DNA of 47,333 nucleotides from an uncultured Planctomycetaceae bacterium (GTDB lineage Bacteria > Planctomycetota > Planctomycetia > Planctomycetales > Planctomycetaceae). The stretch's first letter is position 1, and each line of letters starts with the position of its first letter. The stretch lies in assembly GCA_963815195.1 (NCBI GenBank), contig CAWFGE010000002.1:1-47333 (forward strand), read 5' to 3'. The notes under the pieces were generated by a model, which was not told where the DNA came from, ran no database searches, and saw only the letters and a program-made list of their open reading frames with translations. Shown here one piece after another: positions 8,763 through 19,716 of this stretch. The translations under genes and the position numbers were made by a program.

Positions 8763-11028
8763 TTACGGTTCCGCGTAACGGCCGCCCATTTGGTAGAGCG
8801 GCAGGAAGCGGTAATAGACTTCCAGGATCAGGGCGCTTAATGCGGTGGAATACACCCGGCCGCCGTAGCCGCCCCAGCGGTCTTTGGGATCCCAACTGCC
8901 GCGGTCCGAGCCGTTCGGCGCGTTGCTCGGAGACGAGCATGTCGCGGAGGGATTCGTTCCACTGTTTCCAGGGCTGTCCGCCGTATTGAAACACCGCCAG
9001 GGTGCCGTAGTACCAGTAGTAAAAGTTGAGTTCCTCGCGCCCGGGCAAGTGGGTCATCAAATAATCGACGGCCTCTTTGCTGGCGGCGTTGGTTCGCTTC
9101 ATGCCCAGCATCTGTTTGGAGAAGAGGGCCTCGGCCGTCATCGTGGGGCTGGGGCCCGAGGTGCCGTACTGCGGATGATAACCGGCGAGCCCTTTGCTGC
9201 GGCCGAGGCTGCGGTCGGTCAGGAATTTCACCAAGAGGTTCCGGTTGGCGGCGGGGATGTTGAGGCCGGCGATCTCGGCGCTTTTGAGGGCCATCAGGTT
9301 CCAGCCGAAGATGCTCATGTCGCCCGTCTCGCCTTTGCGGTATCGCCAGCCGCCGTCGCTGTTGTGTTGATTGCCCAAGATGTAGGCGACGGCTTTTTCG
9401 AGCGGTTCGCGGAGCGGGCTGTCGAGCGTCGGATCGCTCCGCATGCCGTAGGCTTCCGCGAGGGCATAGGTCGCCATGCCGTGGCAGTAAGCCCGCGCGT
9501 AATACGTGGCCTGCCCGCCCAAGAATCCCTCTTCCGTCTGCTGTGAAATCAGCCAATCGAGGGCGCTTTGGACATGGTCGGCATACGGGCCTTCTTCGTG
9601 GGTGTAGCCGGCCCCCAAAAAAGCGAGGATCGCAAGCGCGGTGACGCCTGTGTCGGCGTTCACGCCGGGGATGCCGCCCCGCACTTCCGCCCCGCGGGTG
9701 TCCAGGCCGTCTTTACTGAGCTCGACGCGGCCGGCTCCGTGGGCGTCGGCGTCCCAATAACCCTGGGGGGATTGATTCGCCGCCAGCCATCTTAAAGCTT
9801 CTTCGACGGCCCGTTCCGAGGCTTCGCTGCCGCCGAATTTGAGGGCCGCCTTCCGCCGCTGTTCCGGACCGCGGTAACGATAGGTCGCCGGCAAAGCCAC
9901 GCGGCGTTTGGAACGCGGGGTTTCCCACTTCGGACGGACGGGCACCGGCACCGTGCGGTCGGCCAACAGGTCGGGCGCCGCTTCCGACGGGGCCGGACCG
10001 AACTCGCGGTTTCTCGCCGGGTCTTCCGGCGAGGGCACGCGGTCCGTCCGCATCCGCTGGATGTTCGTGTCGATGCGGTCTTCAGGTTCGCGGTTCACCA
10101 ACCGCGTCGGCCGCTGCGGCGTGGTCCGGCCGGCGGGCGTTTCCTGATCGCTCGCGTTCTGCGGGTCGCCCAATTCCGGCGCGGGACCAAACGCCGGGAC
10201 CGGGCTGGTCCGTTTTTTGATCACATCGCCCGGCGTGTTGCGCTTGATGTAAGCGGACGGATCATCGGCCTCTTCGATCGAAGCGAACTCCCGATTGGGA
10301 TCGATCTCCCGCTTCACCTGGTCGGTCGCCCCTTTCTCGGGAGCGCGATCCACGGGCGTTTCAAACGGGCCGCGCTCGGGGACGGGATTCCGCTCGCGGA
10401 CTTTCGGCGGAGCTTTCACGTTCGGCACGGCGATCGCCTCCGGACCGTTCACAACCACGTCGGCTGGAGACTTGGGCGCGGGGTCCTGTTGGGCCTGGTC
10501 CGGCTGCGGCACGTCGGGCTGTTCGTAGGGCAGTTTCGGCGGCAGGTCGGGAAGGTCCGGCTTCGTCTCTTCCGGTGGCGGGTCCAACTTTCGGTCCGGA
10601 TCTTCCAAGGGCAATGGCTCGATGTGCTTGGGGTCGTTTCGAGCCATCTGGGTCTCCACGGGATCGGGCAGTTTGTTCCAGATCGGCGTGTTGCCCTCTT
10701 GCGGGATTTCCTGTGGATCTTCGGAGATCACCTCGAGTTCGATCGGCGTCGGTTTCTCTTTCTCCGGCGGCGACAAATCGGCGCTTCGCACCGGCGCCGG
10801 CACCACCGCCACCCAGCCGACCATGCTCACCAGATGAATCAACCCCGAAAACACAAGCGCTTTGAAAACCGTGTGCCGATCCCCCCAACTCGTGAGCAGC
10901 ATCACGAAAAAATACAGCGTCGATGCTCCCAAACCAATCCACAGTCCCTGCGCAACGACATCCTTCTTCATCTGGAGGACGGCGATCAGCCAATCCAAAA
11001 GATCGGGTTCTTGCACTGCGAAAATCAT
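8763..11028 (-). CDS. Planctomycete prenyltransferase/squalene oxidase-repeat protein with N-terminal TM and Pro-rich linker; apparent 1-nt frameshift near 8915-8925
   Basis: GGSEASERAVEEALRWLAANQ, TGVTALAILAFLGAG, DGGWRY and YYWYYGT. The conserved C-terminus GSWDPKDRWGGYGGRVYSTALSALILEVYYRFLPLY continues in another frame to TAA at 8763-8765. Confidence 0.85.
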
Positions 11029-11164
11029 GCTCCGTCCCCGTACCGCGCCAGGTGACCGGCGGCGGCCATTCTCATTTTCCTTGGCATTCCGAGCCATTCG
11101 ATCTTTGTGATTGACATGTACATCATCTGGTTTGAGTTTTGGCGGCCGCGATCAATGGGCGGCC

Positions 11165-11590
11165 TCACGAGCCCGGCGTCTCCGGGCGTTCGGCGGCGAG
11201 CGTGAAGTGTTTGATTTTTAACTTCTGGCAGACGTCCATCACGTTCACCACGTTCTGCAGATCCGTCTTGCCTTCCCCGCCGATGACCACCGCCTGATCT
11301 TCGTAATTCTCCTTGGCGGCTTTGAGAATCTTCGCGAGCTCCTCCAAAGTGACTTCCCGCTGGTTCACGCGGACGGCGCCTTCCTTGGTGATCGAAATCA
11401 AAATCGGATCGGGTCCCGGCGTCACCGAGGATTCCGTATTCGTCGTCGCCAGCGCAATCTCAAACAGGGTGGGCTTGTCCTCGGTAAACCGCGTTCCCAC
11501 CATGAAAAATATGATCAACAGGAACACAATATCAATCATCGGCGTGAGATTGAGATCGGGTTCGTCGATCCCTTCGGTTTTTAACGGCAT
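11165..11590 (-). CDS. exbD: Biopolymer transporter ExbD/TolR
   Basis: LNLTPMIDIVFLLIIFFMV signature; VVNVMD. Confidence 0.9.
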   Translation of the reverse strand: MPLKTEGIDEPDLNLTPMIDIVFLLIIFFMVGTRFTEDKPTLFEIALATTNTESSVTPGPDPILISITKEGAVRVNQREVTLEELAKILKAAKENYEDQAVVIGGEGKTDLQNVVNVMDVCQKLKIKHFTLAAERPETPGS

Positions 11591-11958
11591 CGTGCAATCT
11601 CAATTCTGCGAAACCCGCAAGACCCCGCGAATTTGCCCCAAGCAATTCTCCAGAAGCCGAAGAGTCCGCCTTCGTTTTGAAATCTCCGTATTATGCCGAT
11701 CCGGCCCGGCTTGCGCATTTTTCCAAAGAGAAACACCGGATCGTACCGCGCATCAACGCCATTCCATTCTGCGACGCTCCGAGCAATCGGTCAAGAGGAC
11801 TCAACAGACGCATCAACAACAGCAATTGCAAGATCGGTCGGCACTCGATTTTCCGCATCTAGGAATTGGGCTTCGGCTGCGGTAGAATCGCATTTCACAT
11901 TGTTCATGTTGTTCGTGCGTGTGCCGCCAAGGTTTTTATGGCATAGTTGGGTTTTTTG

Positions 11959-12591
11959 ATGTCGATGGACAACGGGCCGGGGCTCGTGGAATTGCTCAAT
12001 CAGGCCAGGTCGGGAGACGATGCCGCCCGCGAGCGGTTGTTCGGCCTCTGCCGGGATTATGTGGGCATTGTGGCCCGCACGCAGGTGGGAAGCTGGCTGC
12101 AGGCCAAGGTCGATGCCTCGGATTTGGTCCAGCAGACGCTGCTCGACATGCACCGGGGCCTCGGGGAATTTCGCGGCGAGACCGAAGCCGAATGGCTCGC
12201 GTGGCTCCGGCAAATCTTGAACCACAATGCCGCCGATTACGTTCGCCGATACGCCGGCACGAAAAAACGCCGGGCCAGTCGCGAAATCCCGCTGGACCGG
12301 TTTTCGCCCGGCGGTTCCGAAGCCTGGCGGATCGATCCTCAAGACCCCGGCGAGTCGCCCAGCCAGTTGATTGTCCGCCGGGAGCGCGAACTGGAAGTCG
12401 CCCAGGCCCTCGCCCAGCTTCCGCAGGATTATCAAGACGTCATCGAACTCCGCAATCTGCAACGGCTCTCGTTCGAGGAGGTGGCCGAACGCATGGGCCG
12501 TTCCCGCGGGGCGGTGCAGATGCTGTGGATGCGGGCTTTGCGGAAACTCGAAGAAGTCCTGAAAAGGCAAACCGATGTCGAACCTGTTTGA
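11959..12591 (+). CDS. ECF RNA polymerase sigma factor, planctomycete type
   Basis: KVDASDLVQQTLL, WLRQIL, SPSQ, YQDVIELRNLQRLSFEEVAERMGRSRGAVQMLWMRAL. Confidence 0.92.
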   Translation: MSMDNGPGLVELLNQARSGDDAARERLFGLCRDYVGIVARTQVGSWLQAKVDASDLVQQTLLDMHRGLGEFRGETEAEWLAWLRQILNHNAADYVRRYAGTKKRRASREIPLDRFSPGGSEAWRIDPQDPGESPSQLIVRRERELEVAQALAQLPQDYQDVIELRNLQRLSFEEVAERMGRSRGAVQMLWMRALRKLEEVLKRQTDVEPV

Positions 12592-14341
12592 ATCCTCATC
12601 CGCCGAAACGCCGCCCCCGCCGGAGACGACCGAGACGCTTCCCGAAGCGGAACGGCGATTGTTCGCGCTGCTCGATGAATACGTGGAGCATTTGCATCAG
12701 GAAGACATCGATTCGCGGAGCGTGCTCATCGAACGCCATCCCGAACTCATGGGCCTCTTGCATTGTCTGGAATCGCTCGACAACCTCGCCATCCCCGCGC
12801 CGCTTTCTGAGGGTCGCGACGACAAGACGCCCTTCGTCGGCGATGACGGGGGCGACGGGGACTCCGCGAAAACGGTGCTCTGGGACGGTTTGCCCGCGGA
12901 CGATGAAGACTCCAAGGCGGAACCCAAACTGGGAGCTTATCCCACGAGCGCGGCGGAGTTCGGCAAGTACCAGTTGCTCGAAGAACTCGGCCGGGGCGGA
13001 ATGGGCGTGGTCTATCGCGCCTGGCAAGCCGACTTGCGGCGGCACGTGGCGGTCAAGATGATTCTGCACAGCCGATTGGCTTCGCAGGATGACGTGCGGC
13101 GGTTTTATATCGAAGCCCAGTCCGCAGGGGGCCTCAATCACGCGAACATCGTGCGGATTCACGAAGTCGGACAGGTCGGCGGCCAGCACTTTTTCACGAT
13201 GGAATACATCGACGGCGAAAACCTCGCCGACCGATTGAGGCGCAGCTCCTGCGGTCCCGACGAGGCGGCCCGGCTCGTCGCGGCGGTCGCCCGGGCGGTG
13301 CATTATCTGCATCAGCACGGCGTGATTCACCGCGACCTCAAGCCTTCGAACATTCTGCTCGACGGCGACGGCCAGCCGCACGTCACCGACTTCGGCCTCG
13401 CAAAACTCTTCGACGCCACCGACAGCGGCACGACGCAGTCCGGAACCATCGTCGGGACGCCGAGCTATATGTCCCCCGAACAAGCCGCGGGCCACACGTC
13501 GCAGGTTTCGCCGTTGTGCGATGTGTATAGCCTGGGAGCGATTCTGTACGAGCTGCTTTCCGGCCGGCCGCCGTTCCAGCGGGACACGCCCTTGGACACG
13601 CTGGTCGATGTGCTCGAAGGCGAACCCACGCTGCTCTCCAAGCAGAACCCCGCCATTCCCCGCGATCTGGAATTGATCTGCTTCAAATGCCTCGAAAAAG
13701 ATCCGGAAAGACGCTACGCCTCGGCCGAGGCGCTCGCGGAAGATTTGGAACGCTACCTCCGCGGGGAAGCCATCGAAGCCCGCCCGTCGGGGCTGTGGTC
13801 GAAGATGAAACGCTGGGCTAGAAGGGAACCGGCCCTGGTCTCCCGGCTCGCCGGTTTGGGGATCACGGCGACGATCGTGCAAATTCGGTATGTCTTCTCG
13901 ACGGACATCGAAGCCGCGTTTCATTACCAGATTATGGCGCTCTTCGGCATCTGCGCTTTGATGTCGTTTCTGTTCCAGCGCATGCTGCACAACGATTCGC
14001 TGGCCCAGCCCGCCCGCTTCGGTTGGGCGGCGTCCGATGTGATTATCCTCACCTGTTTGCTATACCTCTCCGACCCGCCCATCGGTGCGATCCTTATCGG
14101 CTATCCGCTGTTGATCGCCGCGGCGGGACTGTTCTTCCTCGTGCGATTGGTCTTGTTTACGACGGTGATTTCCTTGTTGTCGTTCGCCGTGTTGATCATG
14201 ATCGCCCCGCAAATCCGCGCGGAGCGGCCGCATTATCTGGTGATCTTCGCCAGCGTCCTCGCGGTGCACGGCCTGATCACCGCCCATCAGGTTTACCGCG
14301 TCCGCGCATTGAGCCGCTACTACGAACAACGCCGGATTTGA
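12575..14341 (+). CDS. Hanks-type Ser/Thr protein kinase with C-terminal membrane domain
   Basis: LGRGGMGVVY, VAVK, HRDLKPSN, DFG and GTPSYMSPE; several hydrophobic helices at the C-terminus; overlaps the sigma factor stop. Confidence 0.95.
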   Translation: MSNLFESSSAETPPPPETTETLPEAERRLFALLDEYVEHLHQEDIDSRSVLIERHPELMGLLHCLESLDNLAIPAPLSEGRDDKTPFVGDDGGDGDSAKTVLWDGLPADDEDSKAEPKLGAYPTSAAEFGKYQLLEELGRGGMGVVYRAWQADLRRHVAVKMILHSRLASQDDVRRFYIEAQSAGGLNHANIVRIHEVGQVGGQHFFTMEYIDGENLADRLRRSSCGPDEAARLVAAVARAVHYLHQHGVIHRDLKPSNILLDGDGQPHVTDFGLAKLFDATDSGTTQSGTIVGTPSYMSPEQAAGHTSQVSPLCDVYSLGAILYELLSGRPPFQRDTPLDTLVDVLEGEPTLLSKQNPAIPRDLELICFKCLEKDPERRYASAEALAEDLERYLRGEAIEARPSGLWSKMKRWARREPALVSRLAGLGITATIVQIRYVFSTDIEAAFHYQIMALFGICALMSFLFQRMLHNDSLAQPARFGWAASDVIILTCLLYLSDPPIGAILIGYPLLIAAAGLFFLVRLVLFTTVISLLSFAVLIMIAPQIRAERPHYLVIFASVLAVHGLITAHQVYRVRALSRYYEQRRI

Positions 14342-14354
14342 AACCGAACGGCAG

Positions 14355-14496
14355 TTTAACGCAAAGGCGCAAAGAGAAGACGCAAAGAGGCGGAAAGAAA
14401 AAGACAAAAAAGAAAGAATATAAGGGTGGTTGTGCCAGCAGGCAGCGTGCTTCCGATCCGTTTTTCCTTTGTGCCTCTTTGCGTCTTTGCGTTAAA
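14355..14496. repeat. Inverted repeat between convergent genes (ACGCAAAGGCGCAAAG type); may act as a bidirectional terminator
   Basis: TTTAACGCAAAGGCGCAAAGAG ... CTCTTTGCGTCTTTGCGTTAAA. Confidence 0.75.
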
Positions 14497-14506
14497 TCCA
14501 ACCGAC

Positions 14507-15916
14507 TCACGCCGTTTGATTCACCGTCGCTTGCCCCAGTTTTTGGGCAACGTCTTGAATGAACTCGTAAAGCAGTTCCAGCGAAGTGCGGGCTTCTTCG
14601 TCGGTGATGGTCATCGGCGGGCTGATGCGGAGGACTCTGTCGGCGAGCGGCCCCAAGAGGTGAATCCCGTCGCCACCTTCTTTGCCGAGGTAACAGCGTT
14701 CGACGATCGCGTTGGCGACTTCGCCAGGCGCGTGCTTTCCGACGGGGCCGCATTCGATCCCGAAGACGAGGCCTTCGCCGCGGACTTTGGTAATCACGCC
14801 GGTGTCCTTGAGCCGCTCCAAGCCGCCCGCAAACACCTCGAACAAACGCTCGCTTCGCGTGAGCACATCCGTCGTTTCAAACTCATCCAGCGTGGCAAGC
14901 ACCGCCGCACATGACAGCGGGTTCGCACTCCAGGTGTCGGAGGCTTCGCCGTATTTGAGGCTGGCCATCACATCGCCCCGGCCCACGACCGCCGACACCG
15001 GCACCCCGTTCCCCAGGCCTTTGCCCAGGCAGACCAGGTCCGGCTCGATGCCGTATTTCTCGAAGGCGTACATCTTCCCCGTGCGGCCGAAGTTGGATTG
15101 CACTTCATCCAGGATCAACAAGATGTCGTGCTCCCGGCAGAAGTTTTGAAGCAGCTGCAAATATTCGCTCGGCGGATGATAGCTGCCCCCGCCGCCCAGA
15201 TAGGGTTCGGTAATCAGGCAGTTGATCCGCGAGCCGAAGGCGTCCCAGACTTCTTTCAGCTCGGCCTCATACGGTGCCAACTCAAACGGATCCTCAAAGC
15301 AGCTGAGGTCGTCCACATCTTCGCGGGGGAAGCTGATGAACTTCACGCGCGGGTCGCGGTCGGGATCTTTTTCGCTGCCGGTGACGGCTCCCGCCAAACC
15401 TTTCTTGCCGTGAAAGCCGTACCGCGTGGCGAGGATGATGTCGCGGTCCCGATGCAAATGCAAACACGCCCACAGGGCCTTTTGGATGGCTTCCGAACCG
15501 GACGCGGCCCACATCACCGTGTCCAACCGCTGGCCGCCGGGACGCGCCTGAACGTTTTTGAGCAACCGCTCCACCGCTTTCGCTTCGACCTGGGTGAGGG
15601 CGTTATACGCGGTGAGGCTCACGGCTTCGAAATAGCCGTCGGCATCGCTTTCCAGATGCTCCGGCTTCCAGCCGAGGTACTCGGCCATCCGCTTCATCCA
15701 CCGCCGGGGGTTGTGCCCCAGGTTCGCCACCAGCACGCCGGAACTGTAATCGTAAAGCCGGCGGCCTTCGGGCGTCCAATGAAAACACCCCGCCGACTTC
15801 GCCAGCACCGCCTGGCTGGGCGTAAACGTCCGGAGAGCAAACGGCTCCTGCGTCGCAATCGTCCGCCGAATGGAGTTCGAGCGCTCTTCACCGGGAAATT
15901 GAATGGACGTTGTCAT
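14507..15916 (-). CDS. Class III PLP-dependent aminotransferase
   Basis: SGSEAIQKAL, GFHG, ITEP, ILDEVQSNFGRTG and PLP-lysine motif LGKGLGNGVP. Confidence 0.92.
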   Translation of the reverse strand: MTTSIQFPGEERSNSIRRTIATQEPFALRTFTPSQAVLAKSAGCFHWTPEGRRLYDYSSGVLVANLGHNPRRWMKRMAEYLGWKPEHLESDADGYFEAVSLTAYNALTQVEAKAVERLLKNVQARPGGQRLDTVMWAASGSEAIQKALWACLHLHRDRDIILATRYGFHGKKGLAGAVTGSEKDPDRDPRVKFISFPREDVDDLSCFEDPFELAPYEAELKEVWDAFGSRINCLITEPYLGGGGSYHPPSEYLQLLQNFCREHDILLILDEVQSNFGRTGKMYAFEKYGIEPDLVCLGKGLGNGVPVSAVVGRGDVMASLKYGEASDTWSANPLSCAAVLATLDEFETTDVLTRSERLFEVFAGGLERLKDTGVITKVRGEGLVFGIECGPVGKHAPGEVANAIVERCYLGKEGGDGIHLLGPLADRVLRISPPMTITDEEARTSLELLYEFIQDVAQKLGQATVNQTA

Positions 15917-16019
15917 GTTTGCACCATCGCTTTAACGTTGCTAGTGAATATTCTGATTTCTTACATCGGGGCATTCGATTCGCATTATGGCAAAAACGGG
16001 CAGATTTCACGAGGCAAAC

Positions 16020-16328
16020 ATGGCGCGAATTATGATCGACCCACAGCTTCAGAAACAACTGCATGCTCTGACCGAAACCGTAGAACTGTGCGACGAACAG
16101 GGGCGGGCCATCGGATGTTTTGTTCCTCAGGTCGATGTCGGAGCCTATATCCCGGTGACCCTCCAGGTGAGATTTGAGCGGCTCCGGCAGCGCTGGGAAG
16201 AGCGTTGGGAAGCGGCGTCCCCAGACGCCGCGATTTCGGACACGCCCGCCGAGGCTGTTTTTCCCGCCCCGTCAAAGACGGTCGTCCCTGTTCGGTCAGA
16301 AGAGTCGATAAAACGGATTCTTGCATAA
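16020..16328 (+). CDS. Small hypothetical protein
   Basis: RBS GAGG before ATG; MARIMIDPQLQKQLHALTETVELCDEQGRAIGCFVP; fills the gap between two minus-strand genes. Confidence 0.6.
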   Translation: MARIMIDPQLQKQLHALTETVELCDEQGRAIGCFVPQVDVGAYIPVTLQVRFERLRQRWEERWEAASPDAAISDTPAEAVFPAPSKTVVPVRSEESIKRILA

Positions 16329-16341
16329 CCACCGAGGCCTT

Positions 16342-17451
16342 TTACTCCACCACGCAGCTTTGCACGGTGAGGCTCTTCAGGCGGTTGGCGTTTGGTTCCG
16401 GAAGTTGACCCAAAGCTCGCATCGCCGGGGTGCCGTCGGGAAGGGGCTCCAGTTCCAAGGGCGGGTCGGCGAGGTCTTGGTGGTAGAAGCGGGAACTCGG
16501 GAACAGATCGCCGGGATACGTGAAGTTGTCGAGCATCGCCAAGGCGACGCAGAAGGATGCCCCGACGGCGCTTTCCAGCATTCCGCCGATCCAGCAGGGA
16601 ATGCCCGCAGCCTGGCATTGATCGTGAATCGCCAGGGCATTCGTGATGCCCCCGACTCGGCCCGGTTTGATGTTGATGTACCGGCAACTCGAAAGGGCGA
16701 TCGCCGTCTCCGCGCGGTCGGGCGAAGTGATGCTCTCATCCAGGCACACCGGCGTTTTGATTTTCGATTGGAGTTCCGCGTGGTTCGCGAGGTCATCGTG
16801 GGCCAGCGGTTGTTCGATCATGGCGAGGCGGAACTCGTCGATCTGTTGGAAGAGTTCCAGATCGGACAGCCGATATCCGCTGTTGCAGTCGATGTGGAAC
16901 GTGTGATCGGGAAAGGCTTCGCGGACCGCGCGAAGCATGGGCAGGTCCCAACCGGGCCGGAATTTGAGCTTCACGCGGGGAAACTTTTTGTCGATCGCTT
17001 CGCCGATGTGGTCCAATAAAATGTCGAGCGAATCCTCCACGCCGAAGTCAGCCCCCACGGGAACAATCTCCCGCGCCGCTCCGAAGAGTTTGTGGAGCGG
17101 CTCGTTCATCACCCGGCTGTAGAGGCTCCACCACGCGGTATCGAGCACCGCCTTGGCGAAGGGATTGCCCTTGAACATCGCCAACCGCTGCTGGAGTTCC
17201 CCCCCGCGGGAAATGTCGTGTCCGACCAATTGCGGGGCCAGCCAGTGCCGGGCCACTTCATAGAGGCCGCCGGCCCATTCCGGGCTGTAGCACGGAGCCG
17301 CGAACGGCGTGCTCTCGCCCCAGCCACAGACCGAGCCGCTCTCCATCCGGCACAGCACCGAATGAATTGTCGCATCCTCCCCGTAAGCCGTCCGCCAAGG
17401 AGAGATCAGCGGCATGGCGACGTGGTAGAGTTCGATGCGGTCGATTTTCAT
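16342..17451 (-). CDS. menC: o-succinylbenzoate synthase / N-acylamino acid racemase (enolase superfamily)
   Basis: MPLISPWRTAYG, RVKLK, HIDCN, IEQP, CLDES, INIKPGRVGG, WIGGMLES and YPGDL. Confidence 0.85.
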   Translation of the reverse strand: MKIDRIELYHVAMPLISPWRTAYGEDATIHSVLCRMESGSVCGWGESTPFAAPCYSPEWAGGLYEVARHWLAPQLVGHDISRGGELQQRLAMFKGNPFAKAVLDTAWWSLYSRVMNEPLHKLFGAAREIVPVGADFGVEDSLDILLDHIGEAIDKKFPRVKLKFRPGWDLPMLRAVREAFPDHTFHIDCNSGYRLSDLELFQQIDEFRLAMIEQPLAHDDLANHAELQSKIKTPVCLDESITSPDRAETAIALSSCRYINIKPGRVGGITNALAIHDQCQAAGIPCWIGGMLESAVGASFCVALAMLDNFTYPGDLFPSSRFYHQDLADPPLELEPLPDGTPAMRALGQLPEPNANRLKSLTVQSCVVE

Positions 17452-17603
17452 TTCAGAGCGCAGCAATCAGGGGCCAGAGATCAGGAGAAGAAGATGAAAA
17501 AAAAGAATAGCACATAGCGGATGGATTTGTTATCGGCGCTGATCCGTCTCCTATCCTCCAACCTCTATCCTCCAACCTCATCCACAACCGCCTTCTCCCA
17601 ATC

Positions 17604-19716
17604 TCACTCGCCCAGGCCCCAGAACTCGTCTTCACTATTGTCGGCCGGTTTAATGGACGGGGGCGGCGGGGCGGGGCGCGGGGAGGGTTGTCTTTGGGAA
17701 TTGGGGCGGGCGGTGGGAGTGCGTTTGGCGCGGCGGGCGGCGTGGGCGGGCGGCGTTTGGCCGGTTTTGAATTGAGTTCCAGAATCTCATCATCCGCCGG
17801 CGGAGCCGGCACCGACGGAGCCGCGTTCCCGCGGGGCCGGGGCTGGCTCGGCTTGTCGGTTTTGACAACCCGGCCTTTCTTTTTTCCCGTTTTGTTGGTG
17901 ACTTCGTAATTCTCCGAGAGCCGCGCGGATCCACAGGCTGCCCGCGCTCGTCCAAGGGCACCGGCTCGTCCGATTCCTCCCATTGCTCGCCGGCTTCGTT
18001 GGGATTGATATGTGGCGGCGCGGGAACCGGGCGAAGGTTTGGGCCGCCGGCGGACTGTTGCTTCTGCCGCTGCCCCGTCACGCCCTCGGCAATCGAAGGC
18101 ACGGAGCCTTCTTCCCCCTGGGCCGACGCGCGGGTTTTGGAGCGGGACGCCGCAAGCTCCCGCAGCGATTCGGATTGCTCGCTCACATGGTCCGCCGCGA
18201 GCTGGGCGATCATGTTTTCCTGGCGGATAATCTCGACCGCGGCTTTCTTGCCGCTGGCGACCGCGACGGCTTCCACGTGCACGCGGGCCTGGGCATCGTA
18301 GCGGATCGTCACATCGATCTCGGACCCCTCGGGCAGGTTGGGCGGCAGTTCGTTGATGACGCACTCGCCCAACTTCACCGGCGGCTTGTCGTTCGCCGTT
18401 CCGCTTTCGACGATCTGCAAATTCACCCGCCGCTGGTTGGGGACGACGGTCCCGTACCGCTGCGTTTGCGAAGCGGGCAGCGTGCTGCCCGCGGGGATCA
18501 AATAATGCGGCACCCGCTGGGCGGAATGCACGTCGCGAATCAGAATCCCCAAGGCCCGCGCGCTCACGCTCCGCTGCTTGAACTGCGACAGCCGCTCGGT
18601 CGCGCGCTCGTTCAAAATCGAGCGGGCGAATTTGTCGTTGGTTAAAAGCATCCCCGCATAATAGGTCGCCCCGTGGGCGATCGACTGGTCGGGCGAGAGC
18701 ATCTTGTTCGGCGTCGTGCCGCTCATCTTTTTCATCGCATTTTTGATCATTGGCATCCGCGACGAGCCGCCGGTGAGGAGCACCGCATCCACATGAGCCC
18801 AGCCCATGCCCTTGTCCTTGAGCATTTTCTGCGTGATCTTGGCCGTGTGCTCGACCAGGTGCCGCGTGAGCTTCTCGAACTGGGCCTGCTCGACCTGATA
18901 GGTTTTGCGGTGGCCGCCGTGCTGGCAGGTGAGCGCGGCCCGCGGCCGGACCGTGAGGCTCCGCTTGGCCTGCTCGACTTCCAAAGCCAAGAACTGCAGG
19001 CTCTCCGGATCTTGGCGGGGATCGACGCGGAACTCTTTGCGGAACTGCTTGGCGATGGCTTGCTCGAGCGTGTTGTTCCAATCGATCCCGCCCAAATCCA
19101 GATCGCCCGCGCTCGCGAGCACGCTGACTTCGTTCTTCTGGTACTTCACCAGCGACAAATCGAACGTCCCGCCGCCCAGGTCGTAAACCATGATCCGCTG
19201 CTCGTCGGCCAGCTCGGAAAACCACAGCCCCTCGGTGCCCAGGACATAACACAACGCCGCGGCGACCGGTTCGTTGATCACGTCCACCCGCTGAAGTCCC
19301 GCCCGGTGCCCGGCTTCGACCGTGGCGTGCCGCTGATAATCGCTGAACTGCGCGGGCACGGTGATTACCGCGTGCTCGATGGGGCCGATTTGCTCCTGGG
19401 CCGCCGCGATGAGCTTCTTCAAAACAAACGCGGCGATGTCGATGGGCGTGTAGGGTTTGCCGTCGATCCGCCAGCGGTGCGAAGAGTCGCCCATAAACCG
19501 CTTGGCGTTCTGCACGACGCGGTTGGGATGCAAAATCGCGTTCCGGAGCGCTTCCGTGCCCACGATGACTTCATTTTGATCGAACAGCACGACCGACGGC
19601 GTGGAGAGTTCGCCTTCCTGGTTGGGGAGTGTCACGGGCTCTCCGTGCTCGTTCAGGTAGGCAATGCAAGAATAGGTGGTTCCCAGGTCGATTCCAACGG
19701 CGTGAGTGCTAAGCAT
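17604..19716 (-). CDS. Hsp70/DnaK-like protein with Pro-rich tail; tail probably frameshifted
   Basis: VGIDLGTTYS, AVITVPAQF, INEPVAAAL, YDLGGGTFD and LLTGGSSRMPM. The in-frame stop is at 17650, but a plausible tail continues through other frames to ...DNSEDEFWGLGE* (TGA 17604-17606). Confidence 0.85.

Noticed and set aside
17540..17585. Short tandem CTATCCTCCAACCT repeat as a distinct element
   Set aside because: Only two units; low-complexity intergenic sequence.
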